From positions 13,330,001 to 13,394,000 of the forward strand of contig NC_092352.1 of assembly GCF_963676685.1 (NCBI RefSeq): a stretch of DNA of 64,000 bases, written 5' to 3'. The notes beneath the pieces are model-generated. The model did no database searches, was not told the origin of the DNA, and saw nothing but the letters and a program-made list of their open reading frames with translations. Below, one piece after another: positions 49,701 to 62,899 of this stretch; position 1 is the first letter of the stretch, and each line of letters starts with the position of its first letter. Made by a program: the position numbers and the translations under genes. Source of the stretch: Mytilus edulis. Lineage: Eukaryota.

Positions 49701-51538
49701 TTAACAAAATGGAATATGTTGAAGGAGAAAAACTTCTAATAACTGCAAGTAGCGATTGTGCAATTCGACTTTGGACTCTTAACGGACTTTATATAGGTAC
49801 GTTTGGTGAAACCTGGGAATCTATTCCAAATTTATTAAAACAGATGCCTACAGCAAAAGTTCGTATTCCATCTGATTTGCGTCGATCAGGTTCGGCAAGT
49901 ACTTTAAAGGTATTAAACGGAGGACGTTCAGGACTATGGCAGCAAGCACTCGATGGGGCAAAGAAAATTATTCGCGATAAAGCAGAAGAAGTGGAGTTTG
50001 AAAAAAAACTACAAGAAGAAAAATGCGAAACAAAATCACCATGTGATGACGGGGATGGCCCAGAAACTGCAAGTTCCATCCCAGCTAGTCGCCCAAAACC
50101 CAAACCAACAGGCGGTGTTTTCAGTGACATTCTGGGGAAATCATACAAAAAGACAATGCGACACAAGATGCCTCCTAAAATGGACAAGTTTGTGGAAATC
50201 AATTCATCGGTGAGTATTAATCTGTTCACATTGATTTGAGCACGTGGTCAAAACCATGAAAACACTAGCTATTAGATATACATATATACTAAACAATCTT
50301 AATGAATAAGTTGGACATACATAGTGGTTGTAGAAGTATTTTTATTCTTGTGTAACATTCTTGAAGTTATCAATACCTGACTGCCCCTTTATTCCGAGTG
50401 TCTGAACCGATCTCTATTAATTCTATAAACAGTATAGCAGGGTAAATTATGTTTGATTTTACTAATGGTTCATCTTGAATTTTGAAACATATACATGCTC
50501 ATCTTTTTAGAAAACATGATAATAAGATAACAAAAATATACATGAATCATGGTCAATCATGTCTCGAATAAAGCCATAGGTACATGGGAACAGGATTTTT
50601 TTTAGCCCCGGTCGTACTTTTTTTTTCCCCAAATGTTTTGTTTCTGTTAATTTCAATTACTTTCGCGCTTTACTGTATAATAGGAACATAAAAATACTAG
50701 AACTAACTTGTATATGCTATTACTATCAATTCGAGGGTTACTGTCCACATATTTTGCAATTTGGAATGTCAACTTCTGAAGCAAAGTTGTTCACCTCGGT
50801 AACTTCTTGTTATTTTGTGATTTGCAAAGATCTCAGCAGTCTGAAAAAAAGTAAATTCACTAACGTACTGAGCTCAAAAATCCAATGGCAAAATCAAAAG
50901 ATCAAACGAATGGACAACATTGAACTGTCATATTCATGACAATTTGGTACAGGAATTTTCTTATGCATAAATGGTGGATTCATCCTGGTTTTATAGCTAG
51001 CTAAACCTCTCACTTGTATGACCGTAGCATAAAATTACATATTTACTTATACAAATACTTGTATATTAAAGCACACATTATATCTAAATCACAATGATAA
51101 AAAGGCATTATGTATCGACACCCCTTAGCCATGCACTATTTCCATATTGAAGTTAAACTTTTGCTATCATGTCTCTATTTTCTTCTTTAATAGATAGCTG
51201 TGTATCGCTGCCTGCCATTCTCAGAACTCAACGTGGACAATGATCCAGAACAAATGAAACGTATAGATGAATTAAGAACACTTTATTTCGGTGGATCTAT
51301 TCTGTCTAAAATGAAGGGAAATTTATATGCCCGCAATCGAGAGAAAGGACCAGCGTTTGCTGGGCTATACAACAAAATTACACAGAGGCAGCCTTTACCA
51401 AAAGGTATAAATCAAGCTGGAAGAATAAAACGAGCCCAGAATAAAGTCAAAAAGACACCAGCATCTTTCTTTGACGCACTCACTATTAAAGAATTCAAAC
51501 ATGAAACTGATACAATAGACAAAATACTCAAGAACTGA
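46760..51538 (+). CDS. EF-hand plus tandem WD40 protein of the WDY / WDR49 (CFAP337) / EFCAB8 family, about 1264 aa, 2 coding exons
   Basis: Exon 1 is 46760-50209 (donor TCG|GTGAGT). Exon 2 is 51194-51538 (TAG|ATA GCT GTG TAT, phase 0, IAVYRCLPF). N-terminal EF hand LFMKVDANCDGVVDWEEY; many WD repeats (TGGMDYCIRAWN, TGAMDGSIKVWN, TASSDCAIRLWT). AATAAA at 51574-51579. Confidence 0.88.
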
Positions 51539-52769
51539 ACATTGTAAAATGATATGCTATCATGTAGGTGTATAATAAATACTTTAGAAAAATTAATTGA
51601 AGAATATATTGTATAATTGGACGATGGTGGTGAATTAAAAGTTGTAATATGCTTAAAATATGTAACAAATGAAAATAAATTTTATTTATATACACAGAAC
51701 ATTGTAAGATATTTAGTTCATTTTAGCCAATTAAAGATCTTGATTTGTTTTACTATCATCACTTACGGCTGCCGGTGATCAGCTGATACTAAATTTTAGT
51801 TAATTAATGTCCAGTTGCAAATATTACATTAATATTCAATATATTAACAATCAGTTTTCATGATTGGCAGAGGAGACCGGTGTGCCAAGAGAATCATAGT
51901 CTTTTGGTAGGTAACTGGCGCTGACTGAAAATCCTATTAAGATTGAAGTCGAGTGCACCTTGCGGGAATCGAACTCAGCATTAGTGTTGACATGCTATGG
52001 ATACTTCAGTTCAACTACTTAGACCACTATATCACTACACTTGTATCTATTGTTTTGTTACGAAAGACCTTTTTAATGGCTAAGTTGATATTATACAGCA
52101 GAATTAAATATGGTCTACCTGACGGAAGATCATGAGGATTCTTTGGTAAAGGTTGAAATAAATTTCTGTAAACATTAACAATTTTTGTCGTATGGAACTT
52201 GGAACGTTGAACGTTTTCAAATGAATATACCGTTTTGAGCAAAGTTACCTGGCTCACAGTGTCATGAGAGCTTTGGCCAATGTCAACCAAACTTTAACTG
52301 AATGATCCTTTTGTGCATCTTGTTCCAACCAATCAAGCAACAAGGCCACCATAGTCAAAAATATAACATAAGTTCAAAATGCATTTATTGTCTTGAAAAG
52401 CTTAAAAACTAGTGAAAATCTTAGAGAGAGAAAATATTTTCATAATTTCAAGAAATATATCCTTCTTAATTCCACATAACTTATTACGATTTTTGACAAA
52501 TTTTCCAAGCTTTTGTCTATTAATTTTAAAATTATAATTATGTATAATAGATAAAATAGATAAGTAGAAATCATAACAGCAAAAATTATCAGAAATACCA
52601 AATCTACATATTTGTCTAACTTTCAAAACCATTGGATAACTCCTTACAAGAGATCTTGCCTAAAGTGACATTTTGTCACTTGCTTACGAGTCTTGCCTTT
52701 TTCTTAAAAACTATAATAGATAAAAAAATAAAAAAAATAAAAAAAAACTGTGAACAGCATAAACGATCA

Positions 52770-53155
52770 TAAATACAAACTAGCAATACTAGGAGGCAGA
52801 CTAGTAAATGTGGCATTCAATCCTAATAAATGTCAACATCTAAGAGTAGCAAGACTGAAGTCAGTGAAATATATTCAGTTATGGCAAACTACAACATACA
52901 CGGTCACGTCTTCGAAGAGAATGAATGACACGTTAAAATATCTAGGTGTCACTTGAAACATTCATATTGATAACATCGGCAAAGAAAGCTAACAGAGCTT
53001 CTCAAAACAATAACAACACTGTCCATTTAAATAAACTAAAGCATTAAGCTACCAGGCACTCACAAGACCCTCGCGGTAAGTCCACTCACGAAAAAATCAA
53101 CTTTCAACTAAGAACAACACCAACAAACAGGAACCTATACAACGCCGAAGTGCTA
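52770..53155 (+). mobile_element. Degraded CR1/L2-type LINE ORF2 C-terminal fragment
   Basis: Frameshifted motifs AFNPNKCQHLRV, KYLGVT, IHIDNI and YQALTRP, typical of the post-RT region of CR1-group elements. Confidence 0.7.
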
Positions 53156-53609
53156 TATATCAGGAAAGGAGAGAACAATGTAAAGTCGTTATTGTTTATA
53201 GAGTATGACACAGACTGACTGACGTACACTATAAAATTTTACAGTCAGTACACCAACAGCAAGAGGGCCCACAGAACTTTACTAAATATTTTTACTCATG
53301 TGAGTGAGTGCATAGAACGAGGAAAACATCTCATATTGTGTTACGCGGCTAATGTTTTACGAGAAAATCCAATTATCTGTTAAAATATGTAGGCATTGCA
53401 CAATGTCTTGCGTTTTTTGAAAATGCTTATGTCATCTTTATACTAAACCAGTTAGAGTTTACTGATTGATACTTTAGTTTGGGAGAATATAATTTATTTG
53501 TGAATAGTAATTGTCTTTGAACTATAGCTTTCAGTAACTGTGGGAACTCCTATTGCGGTGCTTTGTGTATATTGTTATTATGTGAGTGTTTAGAGTGACT
53601 CGAACCGAT

Positions 53610-54793
53610 CTTTTGAGTCGAGCCTGCGACTTTTGTCTCAGAAAGCTCGACATAGGGATAGTGATCCGGCGGCGGTGGCGTAAATCATAACTTCTTAAAG
53701 TTTTATATTTTTTGAAGGTGAAAGACCGGCATGGATTCTTCATACTTTGTATATACATGCCTTATGTTTAAATACGAAAGTTCCGTCTGTCATATTTTCA
53801 TTATCCTGGATCTCATTTTCATTGTTCAGTGACTACTGAAAAAAAGTTATTATTTTTGTAATGTTAATTTCTTTTTTATTATGAGTAATAGGATACCTAC
53901 ATTTTTTAGTTTGTGCGTACCTTGCAAGGTCCTCATGTCCGTCAGACAGTTTTCATTTGACCTCAACTTATTTCATGGATCAGTATCGTAGTCAAGTTTA
54001 TTAGCAATAGGTCTTCTATATTTGGTGTATGGAATGATTGTCAGGTGTACTTGTCCAACTGATAGGTGTCATCTGACCTTGACCTCATTTTCTTGGTTCA
54101 GTGGTCAAATTTAAGTTTTTGAGTTTTTATCTTTTTTCTAATACTTTATGCAATACCGGTAGGTCAACTATATATGGTGTATGGAAAGAATTTATGATGT
54201 ACACGTAAGTCTCGCGTGTTTTGTTTGACCTTGACCTCGTTTTCATGATTCATTGCTCAGTGTGAAGTTTGGTGTTTTGGTTTGTTTTCCTTAAACTTTA
54301 AGCAATAGGTCAACTGTATTTGTTACATGGAAAGATTGTAAGATGCATTTCTGTCTGATAGGTATCATCTGACCTTGACCTCATTTTCATGGGTCATTGG
54401 TCATTGTAAAGTTTTCGTGGTTACGTTTGTTTCTAAGATCCTTTAAGCATTAGGTAAACTATATTTAATGCATAGATTGATTGCATGGTGTACATGTCTG
54501 TCTGGTATGGTTCGTCTGATCTTGACTTCATTCATTGGTCAATTTTGAGTTTTCCTGGTTAAGTCTATTTCTTAGAAACTATAATTAAGCAAAGGTCAAC
54601 TATATTTGGTGTATTGAATGATTATAAGGTGTACATGTATTTCTCGTGTGGTTTATCTGACCTTGATCCCATTTTCGTGGATCATGTTAAGTTTATGTGA
54701 TACTTGTAGTAAAGTTATATTATATTTAGGAATATCAACATAAAATCAATGGTTCTAAAGAAGGCGAGACATTTCATGGTGTGCACTCTTGTT
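53610..54793. mobile_element. HINE/Helentron-like non-autonomous element with internal TGACCTTGACCTCATTTTC repeats, copy 1
   Basis: Begins CGAGCCTGCGACTTTTGTCTCAGAAAGCTCG (hairpin) followed by (GGC)n; ends AGGCGAGACATTTC...CACTCTTGTT. Second copy at 62900-63655. Confidence 0.8.
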
Positions 54794-54939
54794 ACGGTTT
54801 GTTCTTACGTTGTTCACATACAGAGGGTTGTGTGCATTTTCAGCCCACCACATTCTCTACGTGCCTGTTCAGAGTCAAGAGTATGTAGTACAGGGTTTGT
54901 CGTTTGTTCATGTCATAATTCATTATTGTTTATCCTATA

Positions 54940-55495
54940 ATTTTATGGCCCCGCAACGAAGTTGTCGGTGCCATATAGTTTTACCCTTGTCCGAAATTCC
55001 GTCATTCCGTCATTCCGCAACAAACCACGGAGTTTTTTTTCTTAACGCCTTCAGATATTGGGCTGATTTTTGGTATGTGAGTTTACCATGATGAGTTACA
55101 GATCAAGTTTAGTTTTGTTCCGCTCGGCTAATTTTTGCTGTAATTTCGGGCTTTGGACTTTGATATTTTTTTCAAAATCACAGTTATACGGACCTTTTTT
55201 CTAAATGCTTCAGATATTGGGCTGTATTTTGGTATGTGAGCTAACCATGATGAGCTACAGATCAAGTTTAAGTTTCGTTCCACTCTGCTAATTTTTGCCC
55301 AAATTAAGGGTTTACAACTTTGGAAAATTGTTGAAAATCACAGTTATATAGACATTTTTCTATACGCCTCCAGATTTTCAACTGATTTTTTATATGTGAG
55401 ACTACCATCATGTTTGTGTCCACATGTGTTATTGAAATTGCAGATTTTTCAACTTTTTGAGACGGGGCCATTCGTGTCGCTTTGACACATCTAGT
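54940..55495. mobile_element. HINE/Helentron-like non-autonomous element
   Basis: ATGGCCCCG...hairpin...(TCCGTCAT)n ... CGGGGCCAT subterminal inverted repeat; internal repeats of about 160 bp. Confidence 0.7.
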
Positions 55496-55502
55496 TATTA
55501 TT

Positions 55503-56415
55503 GCAGTGGCTATTATGCAAGCTCCGGCAAAATAATCTCTTTGGGGCTATTTCTAATACCGGCCTCGGCACAATAGCCTCCTAGGTGCTATTTTGCCGGC
55601 TCCAGCAAGATAGCGATTTATATAGAGTTTTGCTATTTTGCCGGTATTAATTAAGATTAGAATAGAAGTAAACAAATTAAGAATCATGAGAAAACAAATA
55701 TAGAATATACACTTAAATAAGAAATCTCGATACGAATAGGTCTTCTTTACAACATTTATAAACTGCTTCTTTTGCGTCTGCATCACTTTTTCAAAAAATA
55801 TAGATATATGCATAATCATTCAACATTCATAGAACTTAGTAAATGCTGTCAATTAATAGCTAGATTTCTATTCATCGTCTCAAGTGTACAATATTTTTTA
55901 TCAATCTGTGCATCATCGGTCTTTATTGCACGATACACTAGATATTGTTATGGTTTTCCATTTGGTTTTCATGAATGCATCTGGTTTTCATGAATTTTAT
56001 AGTCCCCGTTTCACGTTTCTAAAGATACACATAGTTGTCGTTTTCAAAGTGCTGCCGAAACCCTGCTGTATATAGCTCTTCATATTAGTCGAGCTTAGCG
56101 TTTGATTCAAGTTGAGACTCAGATTCAAGTTTGTTTGATAACAAATTGTTGTCTTCCATTTACGAAATGTTCAACAGATAAATTTGCATATAATTTTAAG
56201 AGTGCATCTCACCAAAAGTGGATAAACTAAACCCGAAAGGCTTGTTGAAGACTAAACGTCATGTAGACATCTCAGTAGCCACATATATCATTTGAGCCGA
56301 TGATAAATAGTTTCAATAAAATGTATTTCATATAGACTGATTAAAAATCTGACTGAAAAGACCGGCAAAAATAGAAAATCTCTATCTTGCCGGAGCCGGC
56401 AAAATAGCCACCGCC
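55503..56415. mobile_element. TIR element with GCTATTTTGCCGG subterminal repeats (MULE-like)
   Basis: Inverted arrays GCTATTTTGCCGGCTCC / GGAGCCGGCAAAATAGC at the two ends; TSD not resolved. Confidence 0.65.
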
Positions 56416-56679
56416 TTTTTAAATTTTGAATTAGGCCGTCGGTTGTTTATTGTTTTAATTGTAGTTTCACGTTTTCCATGTCGGGGTCTTTTATAGTCGA
56501 CTACTATGGCTGCTTTCCCCATTTATAAGACCGTTCAGTGTTTTGATTGAGCCGTACCACCACTTCATGTTAACACTGGTGGATAGTTGTCTCATTGACA
56601 ATCATACCACATCTCCTCATTTTTTTTTACACAAAATGTAAGCACATATCCACGTTAGCACTATAAATAGAATAATACT

Positions 56680-56881
56680 GAGGGGGGATAGGAGGGGTCC
56701 TGATCCCGAAATCCCGGACTTAAAAAAACGAAATCCCGAGGTCCCGAATTTAAATAAAGTAAATCCCGACGTCCCGAAATCCAAAAAAAAAGAATTCCCG
56801 GATCCCGAAAGGGTCAATCCCGAAATCCCGAGCTTAAAAACACCCGATCCCGGAGTCCCGATAAAGGTACTATCCCCCCTC
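56680..56881. mobile_element. MITE with 6-bp TSD and ATCCCG repeats
   Basis: AATACT|GAGGGGGGATAG ... CTATCCCCCCTC|AATACT; a degenerate relative lies at about 57815-58008. Confidence 0.88.
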
Positions 56882-57264
56882 AATACTGACATATATTCAC
56901 AAAGCAAATAAGTAGCAAAACATTTAAATAAGGAAATCAGGGGAAAAACACACTTTAACTAGTAAAGGCAAGGCAAACGATTAATGAAAAAGCTCAGCAG
57001 AAAGTTTGTACAATAAACACAAGTTTTACAGTACTTCTTACGTAATCGTGGTACCGTACCTTACCGTCCGAAACCGATTTGTTCATTAGAAAATAATTTT
57101 GGCGGGAGAGTTGCAAAATGTAAACAAACAACACTGATTTTAGTTACAGCAATTTGAAACATACGTATAGTGATCTTTCAGGTTTTCACAAGTATAATGT
57201 CAGTCACCACGAACAATTTTTATGGAGCAAAAGGAAAGAGGTATACAGCCGAGTCTTGAAAATC

Positions 57265-57513
57265 CATACCTGTCAACTTTTCAAAACGGGGGCTTTGCGT
57301 GCAAGATGCTTCTCATAGTCCTACAAAACCTTTAACGGGGCCTTCAAATATATTTTAATGTTGCTTTTTGGCTTCTTTATACTTTTACTAGCCTATAGCC
57401 ATTATAAAATTAATTGTTTTGTTTAAATTGTGGACACAATTGCTCTTTTAATTTTTCATTTGGGAGCCTCCATGAGGAAAATCCCCCGCAAATAGTGACA
57501 GTTGGCAGGTATG
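57265..57513. mobile_element. MITE with 6-bp TSD
   Basis: AAAATC|CATACCTGTCAACT ... AGTTGGCAGGTATG|AAAATC. Confidence 0.85.
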
Positions 57514-58094
57514 AAAATCCCTGGACAAGGGCGGATCAAGCCATTTAAAAAAGGGGGGTTCCCAACTTTAAGATAAAGGGGGGTTCCAACAAATATGTCC
57601 CAATACCTGACCATGCAAGGGCTGAGTCCAAGTCGTTCAAAACTTCCATTTGTTACATTTACAGAATTGTTTTCTAAACTTAAAAACCATAAACAAATTC
57701 ATCCACCACGAACTTGCTTTTGGATACAAAACCACAAAATTTTAACCCCACGAAAATTAAATATTTAGTGTACAGTATTTGCCCAGCGACAATGTAAAGT
57801 TATGGGGTATATGTGAGGGTGGATATGACCTTTATTGGGACTCTGGGATTGGGTGTTTTTAAGCTTTTGACTTCAGGATCTGGAAATTCTTTTCTCGAAT
57901 TTCTGGATGTAGGGATTTAAATTTATTAAAGTTTTGAGACCTCTGAAATTTCGTGTTTTATTAGCCCAGGATTACGGGATCAGGGCCTCTCCGACCCCCC
58001 CCCCCTTTATATGTGATAAAAAAGTTCCCTAATTTTCAAATCCAAGGAATTTGTCACATTGGTCAGTTTGATCATTTATCTAGTTAAGTTTATT

Positions 58095-58395
58095 TTGTAT
58101 GCCCCACCTACGATAGTAGAGGGGCATTATGTTTTCTGGTCTGTGCATCCATTCATTCATCCGTCTGTTCATTCGTCCGTCTGTCCCGCTTCAGGTTAAA
58201 GTTTTTGATTTCGTAAGTTTTTGATGAAGTTGAAGTCCAATCAACTTGAAACTTAGTACACATGTTCCATATAATATGATCTTTATAATTTTAATGCCAA
58301 ATTGGAGTTTTTACCCAAATTTCACGATCCACTGAACATAGAAAATGATAGTGCACGTGGGGCATCAGTGTACTTGGGACACACACATTCTTGTT
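58095..58395. mobile_element. Short HINE/Helentron-like element
   Basis: ATGCCCCAC...GGGGCAT hairpin, (TCCG/TTCA)n microsatellite, terminal GTGGGGCAT...CATTCTTGTT. Confidence 0.7.
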
Positions 58396-58993
58396 TTACC
58401 TTTAAAATAATTTTGTACATGTATATATATTTTTATATATAATAGTTTACAATGAAATTTGTTACATGCACACATATATAAATTGTGGTTTTTATCCAAT
58501 GCAATCATAGGTTTGAAAGTTGTTTTCAATTTAGACTTGTTTATATTTCGTTTGTTTGAGCTTGTACAATGTATTATATTTTCCCTCTGGTTTATATAAT
58601 CCGTTCATCCTATTTTGACTCTTGAATTCAAGAGTCTATCCTAAATTGAGGAAAATTAAATGGCCTTCCAAATTCTTTTCAATCCCTAACATCACTGAAG
58701 AGACATTAAACACTTTCAAGGTGAACAATGCGTCGAGGCATCCCCGCAGCCAGGCTGAACAATGCGTTGAGTCATCCCAGTAGCCAGGCCGAACAATGCT
58801 TTTATGCATTGACAATCGTGATGAAAATAATTTTCGTCTTTTTAACTCATTTTCCCCCGTAAAGCTACGTTTAACCCAATAAATATCAAGGTTTTCAAGA
58901 AGCTAGCATGTTACAGTATAAGAATACATATTCTTACTGAGTTTGACACCTAATATTTACCACAATACAATGAAAGATCGGTAGCGTCAACAA

Positions 58994-60484
58994 CAGGGTT
59001 TCCCCTGGGTTAATTATTTTTTTCGCCACCTTCTTCTTCTTTCGTAGTTCCCTCCTGTTTAGAAGCACTCGGATGAGACCGATAAATGTTAGCAGTATAT
59101 GTACATTAAAACACACAATAAATCCTCTGTAAAATATGAATGAACAGCATCCTCCACCATAAAAACCAGTGTATTTACAACAAGTTGTGAATTTATATAT
59201 AAGCATTAATATAGGGACTTTTAAAGTAATGTAATATTAAAATGGCTAGAGATATATTAAATAAATTACATGTTCGTCAGGCTCGGGAATACCTCTTTGG
59301 CCAAAACAATATATTTTTTGCCACTTTATTATTTTTTTCGCCAAGTAACATAACTATATTTTTCGTTTAAAATTTACCTTTTATTCTACCTCTCCCCCCC
59401 CCCTTCCCCCTTTCCATTAAATAAGGTGATTTTGCTCCATTGTGTCTATGATTATTCTCTCAAACTTATTTTAGAGTTTACATTTAATGAATAACACACT
59501 AAACATTTACTTTAAAACAACAGATTTTGATCATTTTGTTTTTAACATAAAAGGGAAAAATATTCATTGTATTTTAAACAACTTTTCTAAATGAGGGGGC
59601 CACTACTTTTAATAATAAAGAAGATACAAGTCCTGGAATATAACAAAATTAATGGACATGTTTTGATTATATAATACCAGTATAGTTTGTAGGGAAAGTT
59701 TCTTTAATAGGAAAATACTGAAGTGCCCTTCTGTACTAAGAAGTGTGTTTTACAACAAAACAAAAGCTTTTATCACATGAAATTGATCCCTCATTTCATG
59801 TGTAGTCATAACATTGAAGGGCTACTCTTTTTCGAGGGGTTGTTACCAACCTTTTGGATAGATTTCTTCATAATGACAGTTTTCTTTTCTTGACCATCGT
59901 AAATGAAAAAGATGAGACGTAAAACTATATGCTTGAAACAAGCGTGTCACTCAAACGACTTTAAAGTAGTCTCTCTAATCAATGACATATATTAAAGTCA
60001 AAGGATAATTAAAGTTTTAAATCAGAGATTATTCTTGATTGATTTTGAACATTTTTCTTCACAACAACAGCTTTCTTTTCTAAACTATCTTTAAAAGGAG
60101 AGGAGACGTCAAAAGTTTGATTCAAACATGTGCGTCACAAAGTGGTAAATAAATTCTGTATGTGACATTTAGCGGAAGCCATTTAATCATATCATTTTGT
60201 CAAACAATTCAATCAACCACTTTATTTATTAGTCCTTTGTTGTCGATAGCTATAAAATGCAATCAGCTGATAATTGATTTTCTGTCCAAATCTTAATGAG
60301 CTTAAGGTGAATTCCGAGTATTGTCTGATCGGGTAAAGTCCGAGAAACTCAAAAAAAGTAAATAAACAAGATGGAGGAAAATATATTTCTTTCGCCAAAT
60401 TCTTTCGCAAATGACGAATTTTTATCGCCACAATTATTATTTTTCGCAAAAGTGCGAAAATGGCGACTGCCAGCTGAAACCCTG
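58994..60484. mobile_element. Non-autonomous hAT element with 8-bp TSD, inserted upstream of the piggyBac ORF
   Basis: GTCAACAA|CAGGGTTTC ... GAAACCCTG|GTCAACAA; TTCGCCA subterminal motifs. Confidence 0.92.
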
Positions 60485-60766
60485 GTCAACAAACAAAATA
60501 AGTCGTCGCCATTTTGTACAATACATGTGACCTTTTTGGTCAAGAAAATGTTATTTGGAAGGAAAGTCAAATATAATTTCATTATTAATTTGATTTATAT
60601 AATGATAAAAATTACGAAAAAATTATTTTAAAAAATCCACGGAGAATAAAAAAAGCAAAAGGTCGCACTCCTTTTATGGAAAATCTAAATAAAACTATCC
60701 AATCAAGGACGCCAAAAGCGTAGTAAATATAGTAAAATGTCGTCTGTAACATTTTAAAATACAAAA

Positions 60767-61800
60767 ATGTCCGACACTTCAGAGGACGAGTTTGAGGGTT
60801 TTCGGCGGGTGAAATAGAACTTGCTTGTCAAAGATATCAAATACAATTAGCCCAAAATGGCATAGGTGATGATTTCATGATAAGTGATGTTGAAAGTGAA
60901 CTTTCAGATAACAATAATGATGAACCTGAACTTGTTGACGTAAATAATGCCGGTGATGCCCCCAACAATGATGGATGGCACCAAGAATTTGATATTTTTG
61001 AAAGAGGTCTCCCCCATCTGTTCCAGCCTAGAAATACTACTGGCCCACAAAATATATTAGGCCCAGAGAAGGATATCATTGATTTTAGACTGTTCCTATC
61101 TGACAACCTTTTACAACAGATAATTGAGAAAACTGATAGTTATGCAAAGATGCAAAAAGATATGAATCCTGACCAGAACAAATCAGCTTGGTCTTGTCCC
61201 TCCTTGCCTGAGATGAAGGCTTTTATTGGTATAACTTTCCTAATGGGTATTGATGTAAAGCCAGATATTAAGTCATACTGGTCTAAAGATTGTTTAGAAA
61301 TCCCATATTTTGCCACTGTTTTGGCATGTGACAGGTTCATGCAGATAATGAGATATCTACACTTTACTGATCCCCACCTGCGAGTTCCACAAAGAGGGGA
61401 GCCTAATTATGACCGTACTTACAAAGTCAGATACTTTATGGACGCCCTTAACCAACAAATGAGAGACCAATATATATCCATACGAGAGGTGGCAATAGAC
61501 AAGTGCATGATACCGTACAAAGGAAGGGTTGCATTCAAGCAATACATGCCAGCTAAACCAACAAAATGGGGAATTAAGCTTTGGGCCAAAAAGAGTGTTC
61601 TTCAAGATGCTGGAAATTATTAAGTTTAATGCTTACCGTCTGTTACAAATGTCACCTGGTCACCAGTGAGCAAACTACATCAATGACCTTTTGGGATTTT
61701 TCTAAATCAGTTGCAACTCAACTCATTGCAGGGTATACAACACGGGACAACCGTAGGGGGAGGCCATCTAACCTACCTGTAGAAGTCCAACTAACACAGA
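60767..61800 (+). pseudogene. piggyBac transposase (PGBD4-like) pseudogene, frameshifted and internally deleted
   Basis: MSDTSEDEFEGF start, then a frameshift. Motifs EMKAFIGITFLMGI, YWS, RFMQIMRYLHF and AIDKCMIPYKGR..FKQYMPAKPTKWGIKLW. The sequence then jumps directly to KRVFFKMLEIIKFNAY and F..SVATQLI, so the middle of the DDD core is missing. Confidence 0.92.
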
Positions 61801-62899
61801 GATCTATTTATGAACATGTTTTTTGATGCACACTTTTAATTTTATAGCTAATTTCAAACATAGTTTATTTCTTTTTTAAAATTCAAATGAAAATTATTCT
61901 TTATATATAGAATGATGTTAAACATTGATTAAATGCAGCTGGTCAATCATGTTATTCTCTTATCTTAGACTGTCTGGAAAAAGGCGGAGCTTTGTCTATA
62001 TTTAATTACTTCATCACAGATGTTGGTCAAACTCCCGCCAAATGCCAAGTTAGTGTTGGACAGTTCACATATAATACAAAATTTACAGCATTAGAGCATC
62101 AAAGACACAAAGTGTGTGGTTCTATTGATATAGTAATGGTATCAGAACACTCCTGGGGTGTTGCCAGTGGAACGTTTGTATTTATATTGACTTTATAGGG
62201 GTTCTAAGGGGGAAATTCAGTTTTTATGTCATTTCTCAGAACAATTTTTCATGAGAACTGTAAGGAAAAAATGAAAATAGAAACTTTATGGATAACCCCT
62301 TTGGCTTGACTTTGATATATATGATTAAAGGGTGTATTTTCTACAATACTGTGTCCCAGTTTTTGGATAATTTCTTTCTAAATGAATTTATAGGTCTCCA
62401 AAGATGAAAGGTGAAATGAGGTTTGGCAACCAGCAGTTAAATCAATATATCTTCTTACTGGAGGCATATATCAAAAATCTGAGACACTGTTTTGGAGATT
62501 GTATATGGTTGATTACAGGGATGAAAACAAATTTTTACTACCATTTGACATGAATGTGCCATTTTCATCCAAGTTGGAAGACCACTTTTTTGGCAATTAG
62601 TGAGCTATATTTTGAGATAAATCAAACCAAAAATAAATTTATATATAATTTAAGAAAGAGTTATATTTCAGCTTTAAAATGAGTTTTGATTTTTTTTTTA
62701 GGAAAATACATCATATTAGTAAAATTTTGGACGAAAATGCAAAGAAGCTGAAATCTGACAAAATTCCAAAGGAGTTCAGACCTAGGTAAGTGGTATATTC
62801 TTTTTCAGCTTGAAATAAGTTAGCTGTACATCTTGGGTGTAGTTAAGTTGACCAATCAATAAGGGTAAGATTTAGATGATTTGGTTTGTACACCACTGA

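Noticed and set aside
46696-50229. Several antisense and alternate-frame ORFs within the WD40 exon
   Set aside because: They are shadows of a long coding exon, with no independent motifs.
56617-56907. ORF with repeated FGTSG/SGISG peptides
   Set aside because: It is the translation of ATCCCG repeats inside a TSD-flanked MITE.
62390-62880. Right terminus of the piggyBac element
   Set aside because: I found no convincing inverted repeat plus TTAA matching the left end.
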